Assembly (NCBI GenBank): GCA_003697105.1
Contig: RFFQ01000015.1
Coordinates: 1 to 41,131 of the forward strand
Length of the DNA stretch: 41,131 nucleotides
Origin: Gemmatimonadota bacterium
Lineage (GTDB): Bacteria; 4572-55; J002
Direction: 5' to 3'
Numbering within the stretch: position 1 is the stretch's first letter; every line of letters starts with the position of its first letter. Position numbers and translations under genes: made by a program. The notes under the pieces are model-generated. The model was given only the letters and a program-made list of their open reading frames with translations, did no database searches and was not told the DNA's origin. Positions 1-9,732 of this stretch are shown one piece after another.

Positions 1-1003
1 AAATATGATCCTCTTCTTCATAACGAGCAACCCACTGCTCCTCATCTACATTTGCAGGCGGGTTGGCTTGTTCCCATGTAATGGTCTGTTGGTAGGCATT
101 CGCAGGGGGAGTTTGTTCGCTATATTGCAATTCAGATCGGATACGAGTGGAATCGATTATCATATGTTGTTCCGGCATAAATCCCTTTTCCACGGGTAAT
201 ATGACATCCGGTAAGGTGATAATGTCACCGTTCCAACCCACTAATTCTGCAATGCGTTGAATCCATTCGTGCTCAGTCAAAGCATGTGTTTCAGCAACAT
301 TATAAATTCGACTGGAAGCCGTGTCCGACGTTATCGCCAAACAGATCGCATGGGCGACATCTTTGACGTATGCCCGTGACATTCGCCAGTTGGCATGATG
401 TTCATTGATCAATATTGCCGGGCGGTTGTCTGCCATCCGTTTCAGATAATGGTACATCCGGTGCTGGTAATCTCGTTCTCCATAAACCACCGGAAGCCTC
501 AGAATGGTGCCGGTAATATGTTCGTCATTCATAACGAGTTGTTCCACCAGAATTTTATCATATTTTTTCAATATTTCCGGGCTATTTTCTTGATGCTGGT
601 ACGGGTAAAGTGTTTGGCGTAATGGGGAATCCTCAGTTAAGGGCATGGATTCAGGGGCACCGGTTTCACTACCAATCAATTTACCGTACGCCCGGTAAAC
701 ATCACAACTGCTGATTGCAACGATGCGTGAGGTGATTCCACGAAACGTCTCCATCACCCATTTTGTATCCTCTTCACCGATGGGAACCATGTGGAGTACC
801 ACATCAGGCTTGAGGTCTGCAAATTCAGCTTGATGTTGATCGATTTGAAAGCGATCTCCTTCAATCAATCGTACCCCCGGTGGAATATCTCTTTTACGAG
901 TACCCCGATTAAACAGAATGACCTCGTGTTGGCCGGACTGATGGAGTTCTTGTACAACGTGATAACCAATAAACGCGGTACCGCCGATAATTAATATTTT
1001 CAT
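1..1003 (-). CDS. NAD-dependent epimerase/dehydratase (extended SDR), 3' end runs off the window
   Basis: Absent from the ORF track because there is no stop inside the window. Manual translation from ATG at 1003 gives MKILIIGGTAFIGYHVVQELHQSGQHEVILFNRG (Rossmann GGxxxxG). The same frame at the window edge reads ..EQWVARYEEEDHI. The interior was not fully translated. Confidence 0.85.
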   Translation of the reverse strand, partial: MKILIIGGTAFIGYHVVQELHQSGQHEVILFNRGTRKRDIPPGVRLIEGDRFQIDQHQAEFADLKPDVVLHMVPIGEEDTKWVMETFRGITSRIVAISSCDVYRAYGKLIGSETGAPESMPLTEDSPLRQTLYPYQHQENSPEILKKYDKILVEQLVMNDEHITGTILRLPVVYGERDYQHRMYHYLKRMADNRPAILINEHHANWRMSRAYVKDVAHAICLAITSDTASSRIYNVAETHALTEHEWIQRIAELVGWNGDIITLPDVILPVEKGFMPEQHMIIDSTRIRSELQYSEQTPPANAYQQTITWEQANPPANVDEEQWVARYEEEDHI

Positions 1004-1057
1004 GGGGGATTCCTTTTCTATGATGGATGTGAGTTATGAAGCCACATACTGGACAAC

Positions 1058-1078
1058 TAACATATTACCAATATGTTA
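1058..1078. promoter_or_regulatory. Perfect 9-3-9 inverted repeat, candidate operator upstream of the epimerase
   Basis: TAACATATT-acc-AATATGTTA, 55-75 bp upstream of the ATG at 1003. It is AT-rich with no U-tract, so it is not terminator-like. Confidence 0.5.
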
Positions 1079-1143
1079 TGGGTTAAGTGAGGTTATCACC
1101 TTTTTGTGTTCTATCGACCCGTGATCGCTGGTGAACAAATTTC

Positions 1144-1187
1144 AAAAAGAAGGCAGTAATCGCTCGGTTATCAAGCGATCACTGCCT
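1144..1187 (-). terminator. Intrinsic terminator after the VIT-vWA gene
   Basis: AGGCAGTAATCGCT..AGCGATCACTGCCT hairpin followed on the minus strand by TCTTTTT. Confidence 0.7.
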
Positions 1188-1210
1188 CAATTTACACCCA
1201 TTTCAGGAGG

Positions 1211-3496
1211 TTAGGGAGAAATCAGTTGCCATTCCGCGTTGGTCAAGGTGGCTTGACCGTTGGGAGTAATATGGATAGAAACCTTTCCGGCGTTTACGAT
1301 CAGATTCTCACCGGCGGCTAGATATTCGGTCAAGTCACTTCGTTTTTGCAAAAGTTCAAAATAGGCTGGACTAAAGGGTTTAATTTGGATGATTTTCGCC
1401 GATCCCTGATGTTCGGCATCCACCCATGTCTCTTGTTGCAAATAAAACGTTCGATCTTTGATCTGTTGAATTCTGGATTGAGGGGGGTTGTCTCCACGTG
1501 GACGTTCATCGCCGCCCGCACTTCCCACACCCCAGGGCTCATCGCCAAGCGACTCATCGGTACGGGGGATGGGGGGGCGGGCAATTTTCATGGCACGCAT
1601 TTCTTGCTGAGCTTTCGCCCGGCCGACCGCACGTTTGCCCGTCTGTTCTTCGGAGGCAGCATTCATGGTGTCATAAGCTTGATCCCGCACGGCATTGTAG
1701 TAGTCGTCATCACTCTCAAACTCACTAAATTGTGGGGAATCCTGATCGACCAAAAACGAGGTGTACTCTGTGATAATCCCATATTTCTTACTCAGCGAAA
1801 TGATTTCATCAACCAGTTCTTTATCCTCACCGTGCCGGACAATCTGATCGATTAAAAAAGCGATTTTCCGTCCTGCCCAAATGCGGGGTAGAAAATCATT
1901 TTGGTTATCGAACTTGGGAAAATCTGTCGTTAGATGGTACGCCTGTTGGCGGCTGCCCTGTTTACCGCTCAAATGAATTGTTGTCGCTCCGTGCCCCCGG
2001 TACCGTCCAGCCACAATCAACTGCGAACCGCGAAAAATATCTGGCAGGGTTTGCGGGTAGAGCTCTTTGACACGCACACCGTCAAACCCCAACGTCACAT
2101 CCGTCAAAACGGGATTGGAGAGCTTGGCAAAAAGGGAACTGATCTTCACCTCGATATTCTCATCCGGCTCGACATACTCCGGGATGCCATGGTTATCCAG
2201 CGCCAATTTATCCAGTAATTGGGTGTTTACATCGTAGCCGACACCAAATACAAATAGTCGTGCGTTGGCATGATTTGCCGCCACGGTGTTGCTAATAATC
2301 TTCTGGATATTCTGCTCGCCGACCGTGGGCAATCCATCGGTTAAAAAGATAATCATGTTGGGGCGATTCCCTTTTTTCAGCATGGAAACACCTTCCAACA
2401 GAGCATCATTGATGTTCGTACCGCCCTCGGCTTCCAGACCCCGCACAAACTGCAACGCAGATTTCATATTGTGTCGGTTTGCATCGACCATCTGCGTGGC
2501 GTATGGTTCAATTCGGGTATCAAAGTCGATGATGTTAAACGTGTCATCAGGATTGAGCCGATTAATACAAAACTCAAGGGCATGCCGGGCTTGCTCCAGT
2601 TTTTCACCCGCCATGCTCCCGGAGGTATCGAGGATGAACAGCACATTTTTGGGGAGAACGTTCTGGTGAATTTTAGCGGAATTGGGGGATGCCATCAGTA
2701 GGAAAAAGCCGTCATTCCGACCATCGTTGAATGTAAGCACGTTAAAGCCTATATCGGCGTTGGAGACGGTGTAATAAAGGATAAAGTCGCGATCTGGGCG
2801 GGTGTTTTCCTCGGCGTAGCGCACCTTGACATGATTTTCTGTGACGTCATCCACCTCAATCTCATGAGTGGGAGAATAGACATTCAAAATGGATTGCGGT
2901 GAGCGAATATCGGCTTCCACGTTCACGGATGCGAGTGCCTTGCCGGAAAATTTCTCTGTACTGAGGGTATAATGGTATTTAACCGTCCCATTATCTTGCC
3001 GGAGCACCTCGGAATACTCTAATTTGATACGTTTTTCCCCCTTTGCCGGAATCGGGTAAATTCGCGCCTGAAACATCCGCCGGTTCATGTATTCTAGCAG
3101 TGCGGGGTCTTTCTGCTGGCGGACGATCTCTTCATATATCCGGCGGGCTTCCTCTTTGTCTAAAATGCGTCCTTCCAATTCTTCCCCGTTCACGTACATG
3201 CTGAAACGGGTGATATTCGCACCTTCCGGAATGGGAAAAATATAGGTACCTTCTAGTTCGCGGGATAATGGATTGGAAAAGACTTGATCTACCGTTGTAA
3301 CTGCCACTTGATCGGTGATTTGCACTTCCACGTGGTGGTACTTAATATTCAGACGAACTGGAGATTCTGGTGGCAGAGGCGGCGGCATAATTCGAGGCGG
3401 GTCAATGATGATAAAACCATCAGCAAAAGATACAACGGGTAAGAACAATAGCAGTGAGCATGCAACCCACATTGCGGGTAAAAGGCGGATAGGCAT
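1211..3496 (-). CDS. Secreted VIT (vault/inter-alpha-trypsin) plus vWA domain protein
   Basis: VIT signature (HHVEVQITDQVAVTTVDQVFSNP..LEGTYIFPIPEGA) and vWA MIDAS (DTSGS..GGTN..LTDG). Start moved to MPIRLL (3496), which has a GGAGG RBS and is followed by a signal peptide. Confidence 0.9.
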   Translation of the reverse strand: MPIRLLPAMWVACSLLLFLPVVSFADGFIIIDPPRIMPPPLPPESPVRLNIKYHHVEVQITDQVAVTTVDQVFSNPLSRELEGTYIFPIPEGANITRFSMYVNGEELEGRILDKEEARRIYEEIVRQQKDPALLEYMNRRMFQARIYPIPAKGEKRIKLEYSEVLRQDNGTVKYHYTLSTEKFSGKALASVNVEADIRSPQSILNVYSPTHEIEVDDVTENHVKVRYAEENTRPDRDFILYYTVSNADIGFNVLTFNDGRNDGFFLLMASPNSAKIHQNVLPKNVLFILDTSGSMAGEKLEQARHALEFCINRLNPDDTFNIIDFDTRIEPYATQMVDANRHNMKSALQFVRGLEAEGGTNINDALLEGVSMLKKGNRPNMIIFLTDGLPTVGEQNIQKIISNTVAANHANARLFVFGVGYDVNTQLLDKLALDNHGIPEYVEPDENIEVKISSLFAKLSNPVLTDVTLGFDGVRVKELYPQTLPDIFRGSQLIVAGRYRGHGATTIHLSGKQGSRQQAYHLTTDFPKFDNQNDFLPRIWAGRKIAFLIDQIVRHGEDKELVDEIISLSKKYGIITEYTSFLVDQDSPQFSEFESDDDYYNAVRDQAYDTMNAASEEQTGKRAVGRAKAQQEMRAMKIARPPIPRTDESLGDEPWGVGSAGGDERPRGDNPPQSRIQQIKDRTFYLQQETWVDAEHQGSAKIIQIKPFSPAYFELLQKRSDLTEYLAAGENLIVNAGKVSIHITPNGQATLTNAEWQLISP

Positions 3497-3647
3497 GGCA
3501 CGTCCTCCTAAAAAAAGTAGGTAGGTCTGGCGGTTATAGGGAAGGGACGTTTGATCAAAAAGGACTTGCAGAATGAAATGAAGATGGGGTTTTGGCTGGA
3601 AAATGGAGGCACCAAAGGATACCATCATTCACCTCACCCGGTGCGGG

Positions 3648-4004
3648 TTATAGGGCGTATTGCTGTAATTCGTCTAGGGTTACAAATTCCAGCACAGAGA
3701 TATGAGTTGCTTCCAGAATAACCGGCGGCGCCACACCGGCATTGAAGGCTTCCACCCAACGGGCGACGCACACACACCACCGGTCTCCCGGTGTTAAACC
3801 CGGAAATTGAAACATGGGTACGGGAGTGGTTAGGTCATTCCCACACGATTTTGAGAAATTCAGGAATTCTGCCGTCATTTGGGCACATACCAAATGCAAC
3901 CCCCGGTCTTCCCGACCGGTTTCGCATTTACCTGTCCGGTAAAAGCCTGTCATCGGGCGAGTACAACAGATTTTCAGCTCGGTGCCCAATACGTTTTTTG
4001 CCAT
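3648..4004 (-). CDS. DUF2237 family protein
   Basis: NVLG..L..C...P.TGFYR.G.C, H.VCA.MT.EFL.FS, GNDLTTP, GDRWC.C..RW..A..AG.AP.V.L.ATH. GGAGA RBS. Confidence 0.9.
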   Translation of the reverse strand: MAKNVLGTELKICCTRPMTGFYRTGKCETGREDRGLHLVCAQMTAEFLNFSKSCGNDLTTPVPMFQFPGLTPGDRWCVCVARWVEAFNAGVAPPVILEATHISVLEFVTLDELQQYAL

Positions 4005-4028
4005 GGCGTGTCTCCATTTTTCATAAAA

Positions 4029-4062
4029 TAAGGCGAAAGTGTATTAACACACTTTCGCCTTA
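4029..4062 (-). terminator. Intrinsic terminator after the glmL-like gene
   Basis: 14-bp perfect stem TAAGGCGAAAGTGT/ACACTTTCGCCTTA with TTTT following on the minus strand. Confidence 0.7.
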
Positions 4063-4087
4063 ATAGATGTTACAAATGTTGAAGGAA

Positions 4088-5926
4088 CTATGAGTTGGGG
4101 TAAATGTTCAATGCTTTATGCCATTCACGCAGTTTACGGACACGTTCGGTGTCATCGGTGGGTATCGTGAAAGGTTGGCGTCCTCGGGCATCAATAACGA
4201 TGCCGGTAACGCCGCCATAAAGCCGGTCTTCAACGGGCTTACCGTTACCTTCGCCCATGTCGAAGCCGCGTTCCGGGGTGATGGTGGCTTGCACATTGAC
4301 CCCTACAGGAAGCGGTACCAGCAACATATCGCCATAATTGACCGAATGGGTCGCTTTTGTACCATCGGGCATATCGATTTCCACCGTGACGCATTTAGCA
4401 CCTTCTTTTTTAGCATTTCCGACTGGCGCGATACACGTCCCGAGGCGGATCATACAATCTTTTTCAAATACTTCAGTCGCAGCTTCAGGATGGACTTGGG
4501 AGAGTACCCCCAGATGCGGCATCATAAAGATACTATCCACTGCCAATTGGGTTACTCCTTCCGGTAAGAAGGCATCGATCATCATCAAGGCGGTCTGTTG
4601 CCGGCGCGGGGCATGGGAAAGTACCCCACCGCTACCCACCAGCATGTTCAGATTGAGGACATTAACCAATGTTGCCCCAGATTCGGTTTGATCCACAAAA
4701 TCACCGACGGTACGTTGCCGTTGTACGCCTTTCAAGCCCTCTGCCAGCGCTTTGTGCTGTTCAAATGCCAAACGCAATGCTTCCCGGGCGATGGCTTGTT
4801 CGATGATCAACTCTTCTAAAGCATGCGGGATTGTTGTGGGGCGTATCATCTTGTTTTTAATGCGGTTACGGATGTCAGAGCGATCAATATCAAACGGGAC
4901 CCACCGCATCACATTTTCCAGACCGGCTTCTGCCAGCACATTGGACACACTGTAACTCATCCCCAAATTAGCACTAACCGAGCGGTTGAACACATCTTCC
5001 CCGATTTCCTCATTGCGGAATACAGAAAAGACGTCTGTCGTGGCACCCCCAATATCAACCCCCACTACTTGAATTTTGTTGATTTTGGCGATGGTTTCAA
5101 TGATCGAACCAACCGCTCCGGGGGTGGGCATAATCGGGACGGCAGTCCATTCCATCAATTTGTTATACCCGGGAGCATGCGACATCACGTGTTCCATAAA
5201 CAGGTCATGAATGGCATGGCGAGCGGGTCCCAATTCCTCCCGTTCTAGTACGGGGCGAAGATTCGGCACCACCGTCAGAGCAGTCCGCTGTTCCAGTGCT
5301 TTTTTGATGTCTGGCGTTGCGTCTTTATTACCGGCATAAATAACGGGGAGTTTATACTGCATCCCCAAACGGGCTTTGGGATCAGCGGAGGCGATTAAAT
5401 TTGCCATATCGACCACATGGGAAACCGTCCCACCGTCAATCCCGCCGGAGAGCAAAATCATGTCCGGTCGAAGCTGGCGAATCCGTTCCACTTTTTCATG
5501 GTCCATGCGTCCATCATTGGATGCTAACACATCCATCACGATGGCACCGGCACCGAGTGCCGCTCGTTCTGCGCTTTCTCCGGTCATCGTTTTGACCACA
5601 CCGGCAACCATCATCTGTAGCCCGCCACCGGCACTACTCGTGGAGATATAAATATCGGCGCCGACATCCCCTTTTTGGGGAGTGATAATGGTATCATCAT
5701 CAAGGAATTTCCGGTTGGGGTTGGTCACCTGAGCCAGCTCTTCAATTTCCTTAATCGCATTGAGGACACCTTTTGTCACATCTTCAAACGGTGCTTCCAC
5801 CGTCGTGGGGGCTTCACCGCGTAAGGTCTGCCGGTATTCCCCATCAATGTACTCAATCAGAATGGCTTTGGTAGTCGTACTACCACAATCGGTGGCTAAA
5901 ATACTTTTTAATTCCTTTTTTGCCAT
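4088..5926 (-). CDS. Glutamate mutase L (GlmL/MutL)-like actin-fold (ASKHA) ATPase
   Basis: DCGSTTTK (phosphate 1), SSAGGGL.M.V.G, A..AALGAGA, LLSGG.DGG, MPTP.AV, DIGGATTDVFS (phosphate 2), GSGGVLSH, G...DARGR. Likely start MAKKELK at 5926. Confidence 0.85.
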   Translation of the reverse strand: MAKKELKSILATDCGSTTTKAILIEYIDGEYRQTLRGEAPTTVEAPFEDVTKGVLNAIKEIEELAQVTNPNRKFLDDDTIITPQKGDVGADIYISTSSAGGGLQMMVAGVVKTMTGESAERAALGAGAIVMDVLASNDGRMDHEKVERIRQLRPDMILLSGGIDGGTVSHVVDMANLIASADPKARLGMQYKLPVIYAGNKDATPDIKKALEQRTALTVVPNLRPVLEREELGPARHAIHDLFMEHVMSHAPGYNKLMEWTAVPIMPTPGAVGSIIETIAKINKIQVVGVDIGGATTDVFSVFRNEEIGEDVFNRSVSANLGMSYSVSNVLAEAGLENVMRWVPFDIDRSDIRNRIKNKMIRPTTIPHALEELIIEQAIAREALRLAFEQHKALAEGLKGVQRQRTVGDFVDQTESGATLVNVLNLNMLVGSGGVLSHAPRRQQTALMMIDAFLPEGVTQLAVDSIFMMPHLGVLSQVHPEAATEVFEKDCMIRLGTCIAPVGNAKKEGAKCVTVEIDMPDGTKATHSVNYGDMLLVPLPVGVNVQATITPERGFDMGEGNGKPVEDRLYGGVTGIVIDARGRQPFTIPTDDTERVRKLREWHKALNIYPNS

Positions 5927-6245
5927 CTTTTCGCTTCTCCCGTTCTGCTTTTTTGCGGGCACGTTCCGCTGTCTGAAAATCGTCTTCGTACCGCTCGATT
6001 TGAACTAGTAAGTATTCCACATTATCCCGGTGTTCGATGATCTCGGCAAACATATCATATTCCCGCCGGTTAAACACCGTATTCACAATCGGTGAGAAAA
6101 AGACCATCAACTGGCTGCCGACAAAGCTAAGTGGTTTGTGCATTTCTAAAAAGAGCACTGCCGGCACGGACATCCGAATATCGACCGTTTTTTTTGCCAG
6201 TTTATGGATGAGTTCCCGTTGCTCATCCGTTAATTTTTCTGCCAT
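5880..6245 (-). CDS. Hypothetical protein (121 aa)
   Basis: Protein-like sequence (PAVLFLEMHKPLSFVGSQ..FFSP) with a lysine-rich tail. Overlaps the glmL-like start by 47 bp. Confidence 0.75.
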   Translation of the reverse strand: MAEKLTDEQRELIHKLAKKTVDIRMSVPAVLFLEMHKPLSFVGSQLMVFFSPIVNTVFNRREYDMFAEIIEHRDNVEYLLVQIERYEDDFQTAERARKKAEREKRKDGKKGIKKYFSHRLW

Positions 6246-6259
6246 GCAATTCTGGAAGG

Positions 6260-6700
6260 TTATGGTGAGGGGCGCTCACCGGCAGATTCCATTTTCTGCC
6301 GGACAAACGCACTGATGTCATCCGCTTGATTTGCATCAAAAGGGAGAAACACTCCCCGAAAATTATCTTTCCGATTTGGCCGTTGAAAAGGGCTGAGAAA
6401 CACACCATCTTCGGCAATGTGGTAGCGTCGAAAATACGACCACCGCCACGTCTGTTTGATACCGGTTTTCCACACGGTGATGAATTCATCATCCAGGGCA
6501 TACGTGCTCGGCAAATAGTAGCCCGCCACCGCACTACCGGTCATCAACACGGCTAAAGCCGTCCAGAACAGCCCGTATATGAGGTAAACGCTTGCCCAAA
6601 TCCCCAAAATCAACAGGGCAATAAGGATTGCCCGGCGCGGAGATTGCGCGCACGGAAGGACTCTCCATTTTAGGTGTTCTGCGTGTTCCATGTATCTCAT
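6260..6700 (-). CDS. Hypothetical membrane protein (2 TM plus small bacterial PH-like soluble domain)
   Basis: Two hydrophobic helices followed by YYLPSTYALDDEFI..WSYFRRY..GVFLSPF..FRGVFL. First gene after a consensus promoter. Confidence 0.7.
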   Translation of the reverse strand: MRYMEHAEHLKWRVLPCAQSPRRAILIALLILGIWASVYLIYGLFWTALAVLMTGSAVAGYYLPSTYALDDEFITVWKTGIKQTWRWSYFRRYHIAEDGVFLSPFQRPNRKDNFRGVFLPFDANQADDISAFVRQKMESAGERPSP

Positions 6701-6722
6701 TTTTGTTCAAAGAGTGGAATTG

Positions 6723-6751
6723 ATATTACCAGACCGCTCCCGCATTGTCAA
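6723..6751 (-). promoter_or_regulatory. Sigma70-type promoter for the hyp-hyp-glmL unit
   Basis: TTGACA-17 bp-TAATAT with an extended -10 TG on the minus strand. Confidence 0.65.
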
Positions 6752-6765
6752 GCGAAAAATGCCAG

Positions 6766-7569
6766 CTAAAACCGGACGATCCGCCGGAGGATCATGCCGG
6801 TAAAAAATAACACCGCTTGCACCAAAATGATCATAGCGCCGCTCGGCATATCCAGATAGTACGACGCAAATAATCCGATCGTCGCACTGAATACACCGGT
6901 TCCCATAGCGTAAAGGGTCATTTGTATAAACGTTCGGGAGATGAGCTTGGCAACCGCTGCCGGAATAACTAAAAATGCCGCAATCAAGATGATCCCAACC
7001 ACCTTTACGGCAACGACTATCGTCACAGCGATCAATATGGAGAGCAAATAATCATCAAACTGCACCGGAAGTCGATCCGCCTCCGCTAATTCCCGGTCAA
7101 ACGTACGGTATGCCCAACGACACCAAACGGGTGACAATAAGGCGGTCGCCATCACCACCCCACCGCTCAGCCAGAGGTCGGTTGGTGTGACTGCCAAAAT
7201 CGACCCGAATAAATAGGTAAACGCATCCGCGGTGTACTCCCGCTTGAGAAAGAGAAAGATCACACCCAGTGCCACCGATACCGAGAAAAAGATGCCAATG
7301 GTTGTGTCGCCGCTCAGGTCGGTCTGTTCGTGTACCCACGTGATTGCCACTGCCACAAATACCGTAAATGGAATTGCAACCCAGAGGGGTTCGGTATTGA
7401 GCAAGAGTCCTAAAGCAACCCCACCAAAGGCGGCATGGGCTAAGCCACTGCCTAAAAAGCTCAAACCCCGCTGAACCACGAAGACCCCTAAATAACTGGC
7501 AAGTCCGGCAACCAAAATACCGGCGATAAGAGCGCGTTGCATAAACGGCAAACTTAATATGTCAAGCAT
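6766..7569 (-). CDS. znuB: Zn/Mn ABC transporter permease (ZnuB-like)
   Basis: FMQRAL.AG, G.FVV.R..SF.G.GLAHAAFGG, YLFGSILAV, KVVG..L..A.L.IPA. The start MLDIL overlaps the znuC stop. Confidence 0.9.
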   Translation of the reverse strand: MLDILSLPFMQRALIAGILVAGLASYLGVFVVQRGLSFLGSGLAHAAFGGVALGLLLNTEPLWVAIPFTVFVAVAITWVHEQTDLSGDTTIGIFFSVSVALGVIFLFLKREYTADAFTYLFGSILAVTPTDLWLSGGVVMATALLSPVWCRWAYRTFDRELAEADRLPVQFDDYLLSILIAVTIVVAVKVVGIILIAAFLVIPAAVAKLISRTFIQMTLYAMGTGVFSATIGLFASYYLDMPSGAMIILVQAVLFFTGMILRRIVRF

Positions 7570-8344
7570 CGGTTGACATCCTCCAAAACATGGCATGGGC
7601 GTGCCCAGTGTGCCCAAATGCGCGCCGTAAGCACTCCTCCGTCAAAACCTGTTGCGGGGGACCAAAACCAATTTGCCGGCGATTAAGGAGCAACACATGC
7701 GATGAATGGTACGCCGCTTCCCAATCATGGGTAATCATCAAAGTGGTAGCGTGATGTTCCCGTTGGTACGTTTCCAGCAAACGATACATATCGGCTTCTC
7801 CCACTAAATCGATACCGGTTGCCGGTTCATCCAGCATAATCAAACGTGGTTTTCGGATGAGGGTTCGTGCCAAATAAACCCGTTGCAATTCGCCCCCAGA
7901 GAGTTTGCCGAGAGACCGGTCTACCAGATGCCCGGCATCCACTTGCGCCAAAGCATGCTGGGCGAGTTCACGTTCTGCCGGACGAATACGGGCGGGCCAC
8001 TGACGCCGCAACCCAGAAATGACCAATTCCACTGCCAGCGCCGGAAACGAGCGATCCAATGTTTTAACCTGCGGAATGTAACCAATCCAATGGGGTGGGA
8101 TGCGTTCCAACGGTTGCCCGAATAAAGTGATCGTCCCCCGGCTCGGCGAAATCAACCCCAGTAAAACCCGAATGAAGGTGGATTTTCCGGCACCGTTGGG
8201 TCCCAAAATCGAGACAAACGACCCACTCTCAATCTGTAAATGGATATCCTCCAGTGCTTGGTGTGTCTCAAATTGAACCGATAAGTGATTGACATTTACG
8301 GCAATAGCGGAAGATAATGGGGGGGATGACAGGGCGGAGGTCAT
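7562..8344 (-). CDS. znuC: Zn/Mn ABC transporter ATP-binding protein (ZnuC-like)
   Basis: Walker A GPNGAGKST, GYIPQ, LSGGELQR, LDEPATG, THD, His-containing tail. Confidence 0.9.
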   Translation of the reverse strand: MTSALSSPPLSSAIAVNVNHLSVQFETHQALEDIHLQIESGSFVSILGPNGAGKSTFIRVLLGLISPSRGTITLFGQPLERIPPHWIGYIPQVKTLDRSFPALAVELVISGLRRQWPARIRPAERELAQHALAQVDAGHLVDRSLGKLSGGELQRVYLARTLIRKPRLIMLDEPATGIDLVGEADMYRLLETYQREHHATTLMITHDWEAAYHSSHVLLLNRRQIGFGPPQQVLTEECLRRAFGHTGHAHAMFWRMSTDA

Positions 8345-9240
8345 TGTTCATCCTGTAAAATATGGAGCAAGGTTTGAGCGTTGGTACGCATAATTTCGGC
8401 ATACGTCTGGTAACCCGGCACCCCACCGATGGGGTCAATCTCGATAATGGGAATTCCCGTTGCTTCTGAAACAACGGCAGCTACCCGGTCTGGTGTTTGG
8501 GGTTGGCTGAGAATCGCCCTGACATGCTCCTGAGCGCATAACTTTATGATCCGTTGGATTTCACGAGGTGTCGATTCTTTACCGGGGATGGTCTCAATCA
8601 CGCCGGCAATCTTAATCCCGTAACGAACCAAAAAATAGTGAAAAAACGGATGGGACATGATCACCGTCTGTCCTTTCAGCGGCGCCAATTGCCGGGCGAT
8701 TTCATGATGCAAGGAATCCAGTTCTGCCGCAAATTTGCCGGCGTTGACGGTGTACGTCCCGCAACCGGGGGGGTCGATTTCACAGAGGGTTGCCACCAAC
8801 TGGGGTAACATCGCTTTGACCGTCAGCGGGTCTGTCCAAAAATGCGGGTCGATGTCATCGGAAAAAGCGTGTTGGTGAGCATCAGGAGCGTCATGATGGT
8901 GATCCCCTAAAAGCGGGAGAAGGGCATCCGGTGGCACCATTTCCAACAGTTCATAGCGTTCGACGGTCGGGAAACGGGCAACCCATTCATCCAGTTGAGG
9001 CGAACCGTAAAAAACCGCTGTGGAGGATTCCGCAAAACGTAAATCCGAAGGGCGAAGTTCATACGTATGAGGGGAGGTGCCCGGCGGTAACAATCGATGC
9101 ACCGTGGCACGTTCTCCAACCACCTGTTGCAGTATGGTGGCAAAAGGATGAATGGAAGTCATGTACGCCGGTTCGGCGTGAAGCGGCAGAGTGCGAACCA
9201 AACTGACTACCAGAATCAGGTAAATTGCAATGGATTTCAT
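8341..9240 (-). CDS. znuA: Zn ABC transporter substrate-binding protein (ZnuA-like)
   Basis: SPHTYEL.PSD, His-rich loop DHHHDAPDAHQH, DPHFW.DP, H..F.YF. The start MKSIAI carries a signal peptide and lies 1 bp after the Fur-family stop. Confidence 0.9.
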   Translation of the reverse strand: MKSIAIYLILVVSLVRTLPLHAEPAYMTSIHPFATILQQVVGERATVHRLLPPGTSPHTYELRPSDLRFAESSTAVFYGSPQLDEWVARFPTVERYELLEMVPPDALLPLLGDHHHDAPDAHQHAFSDDIDPHFWTDPLTVKAMLPQLVATLCEIDPPGCGTYTVNAGKFAAELDSLHHEIARQLAPLKGQTVIMSHPFFHYFLVRYGIKIAGVIETIPGKESTPREIQRIIKLCAQEHVRAILSQPQTPDRVAAVVSEATGIPIIEIDPIGGVPGYQTYAEIMRTNAQTLLHILQDEQ

Positions 9241-9241
9241 G

Positions 9242-9667
9242 TCAGAGACCTTCCTTACATGTTTTGCAGAGACCATCCACAATGATGGTGGTAGCATACC
9301 AGACATAACCCTCCGGCAGATGAAGGGGTGGCAAATCAACGGAATTTAAACAAAAAATGTGCCCACAATGGACGCACTTAAAGTGAACATGCTCATCCGC
9401 GTGAGATTCCACATTACATTTTTGCAGATCGCACAAAGCATAGCGAGCCACACCCGCATCATCGGTCACTTTGTGAATTAGCCCTTTTTCCAGAAAGGTA
9501 CGCAAGGTGCGGTAGATGGTCACGCGGTCGTAATCATGACCCAACTGGCGTTCAATATCCGCATGGGAAAGCGCAAATCCCGCCCGGCTAAAGATACTTA
9601 AAATCAATCGCCGGACTGCTGTTACACGAATCTGGTGCTGGTGTAGCGTCTGTTCTAACAAAGTCAT
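9242..9667 (-). CDS. Fur-family transcriptional regulator (probable Zur)
   Basis: T..R..IL, DRVTIYRTL..F.EKG.IH, HVHFKC..C, C..C. Heads the znuACB operon. Likely start MTLLEQ. Confidence 0.88.
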   Translation of the reverse strand: MTLLEQTLHQHQIRVTAVRRLILSIFSRAGFALSHADIERQLGHDYDRVTIYRTLRTFLEKGLIHKVTDDAGVARYALCDLQKCNVESHADEHVHFKCVHCGHIFCLNSVDLPPLHLPEGYVWYATTIIVDGLCKTCKEGL

Positions 9668-9732
9668 GGCAGGGTGCAGTGAACGGTTAGAAGTTTGCAG
9701 TGTACAGTAAATGGGTGGGGAATATACGTTTT

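Noticed and set aside
5-994. Three short plus-strand ORFs at the window start
   Set aside because: They are antisense to the epimerase gene on the minus strand.
3497-3628. N-terminal extensions given by the ORF track (vWA here, likewise znuB, znuA, fur, glmL and the 523-aa OM protein)
   Set aside because: Downstream starts fit RBS position, signal peptides or family N-termini better, and the extensions overlap neighbouring genes or regulatory DNA.
4088-5926. Calling this gene DNA mismatch-repair mutL
   Set aside because: Name collision only. It has actin-like ASKHA motifs, not GHKL ATPase motifs.
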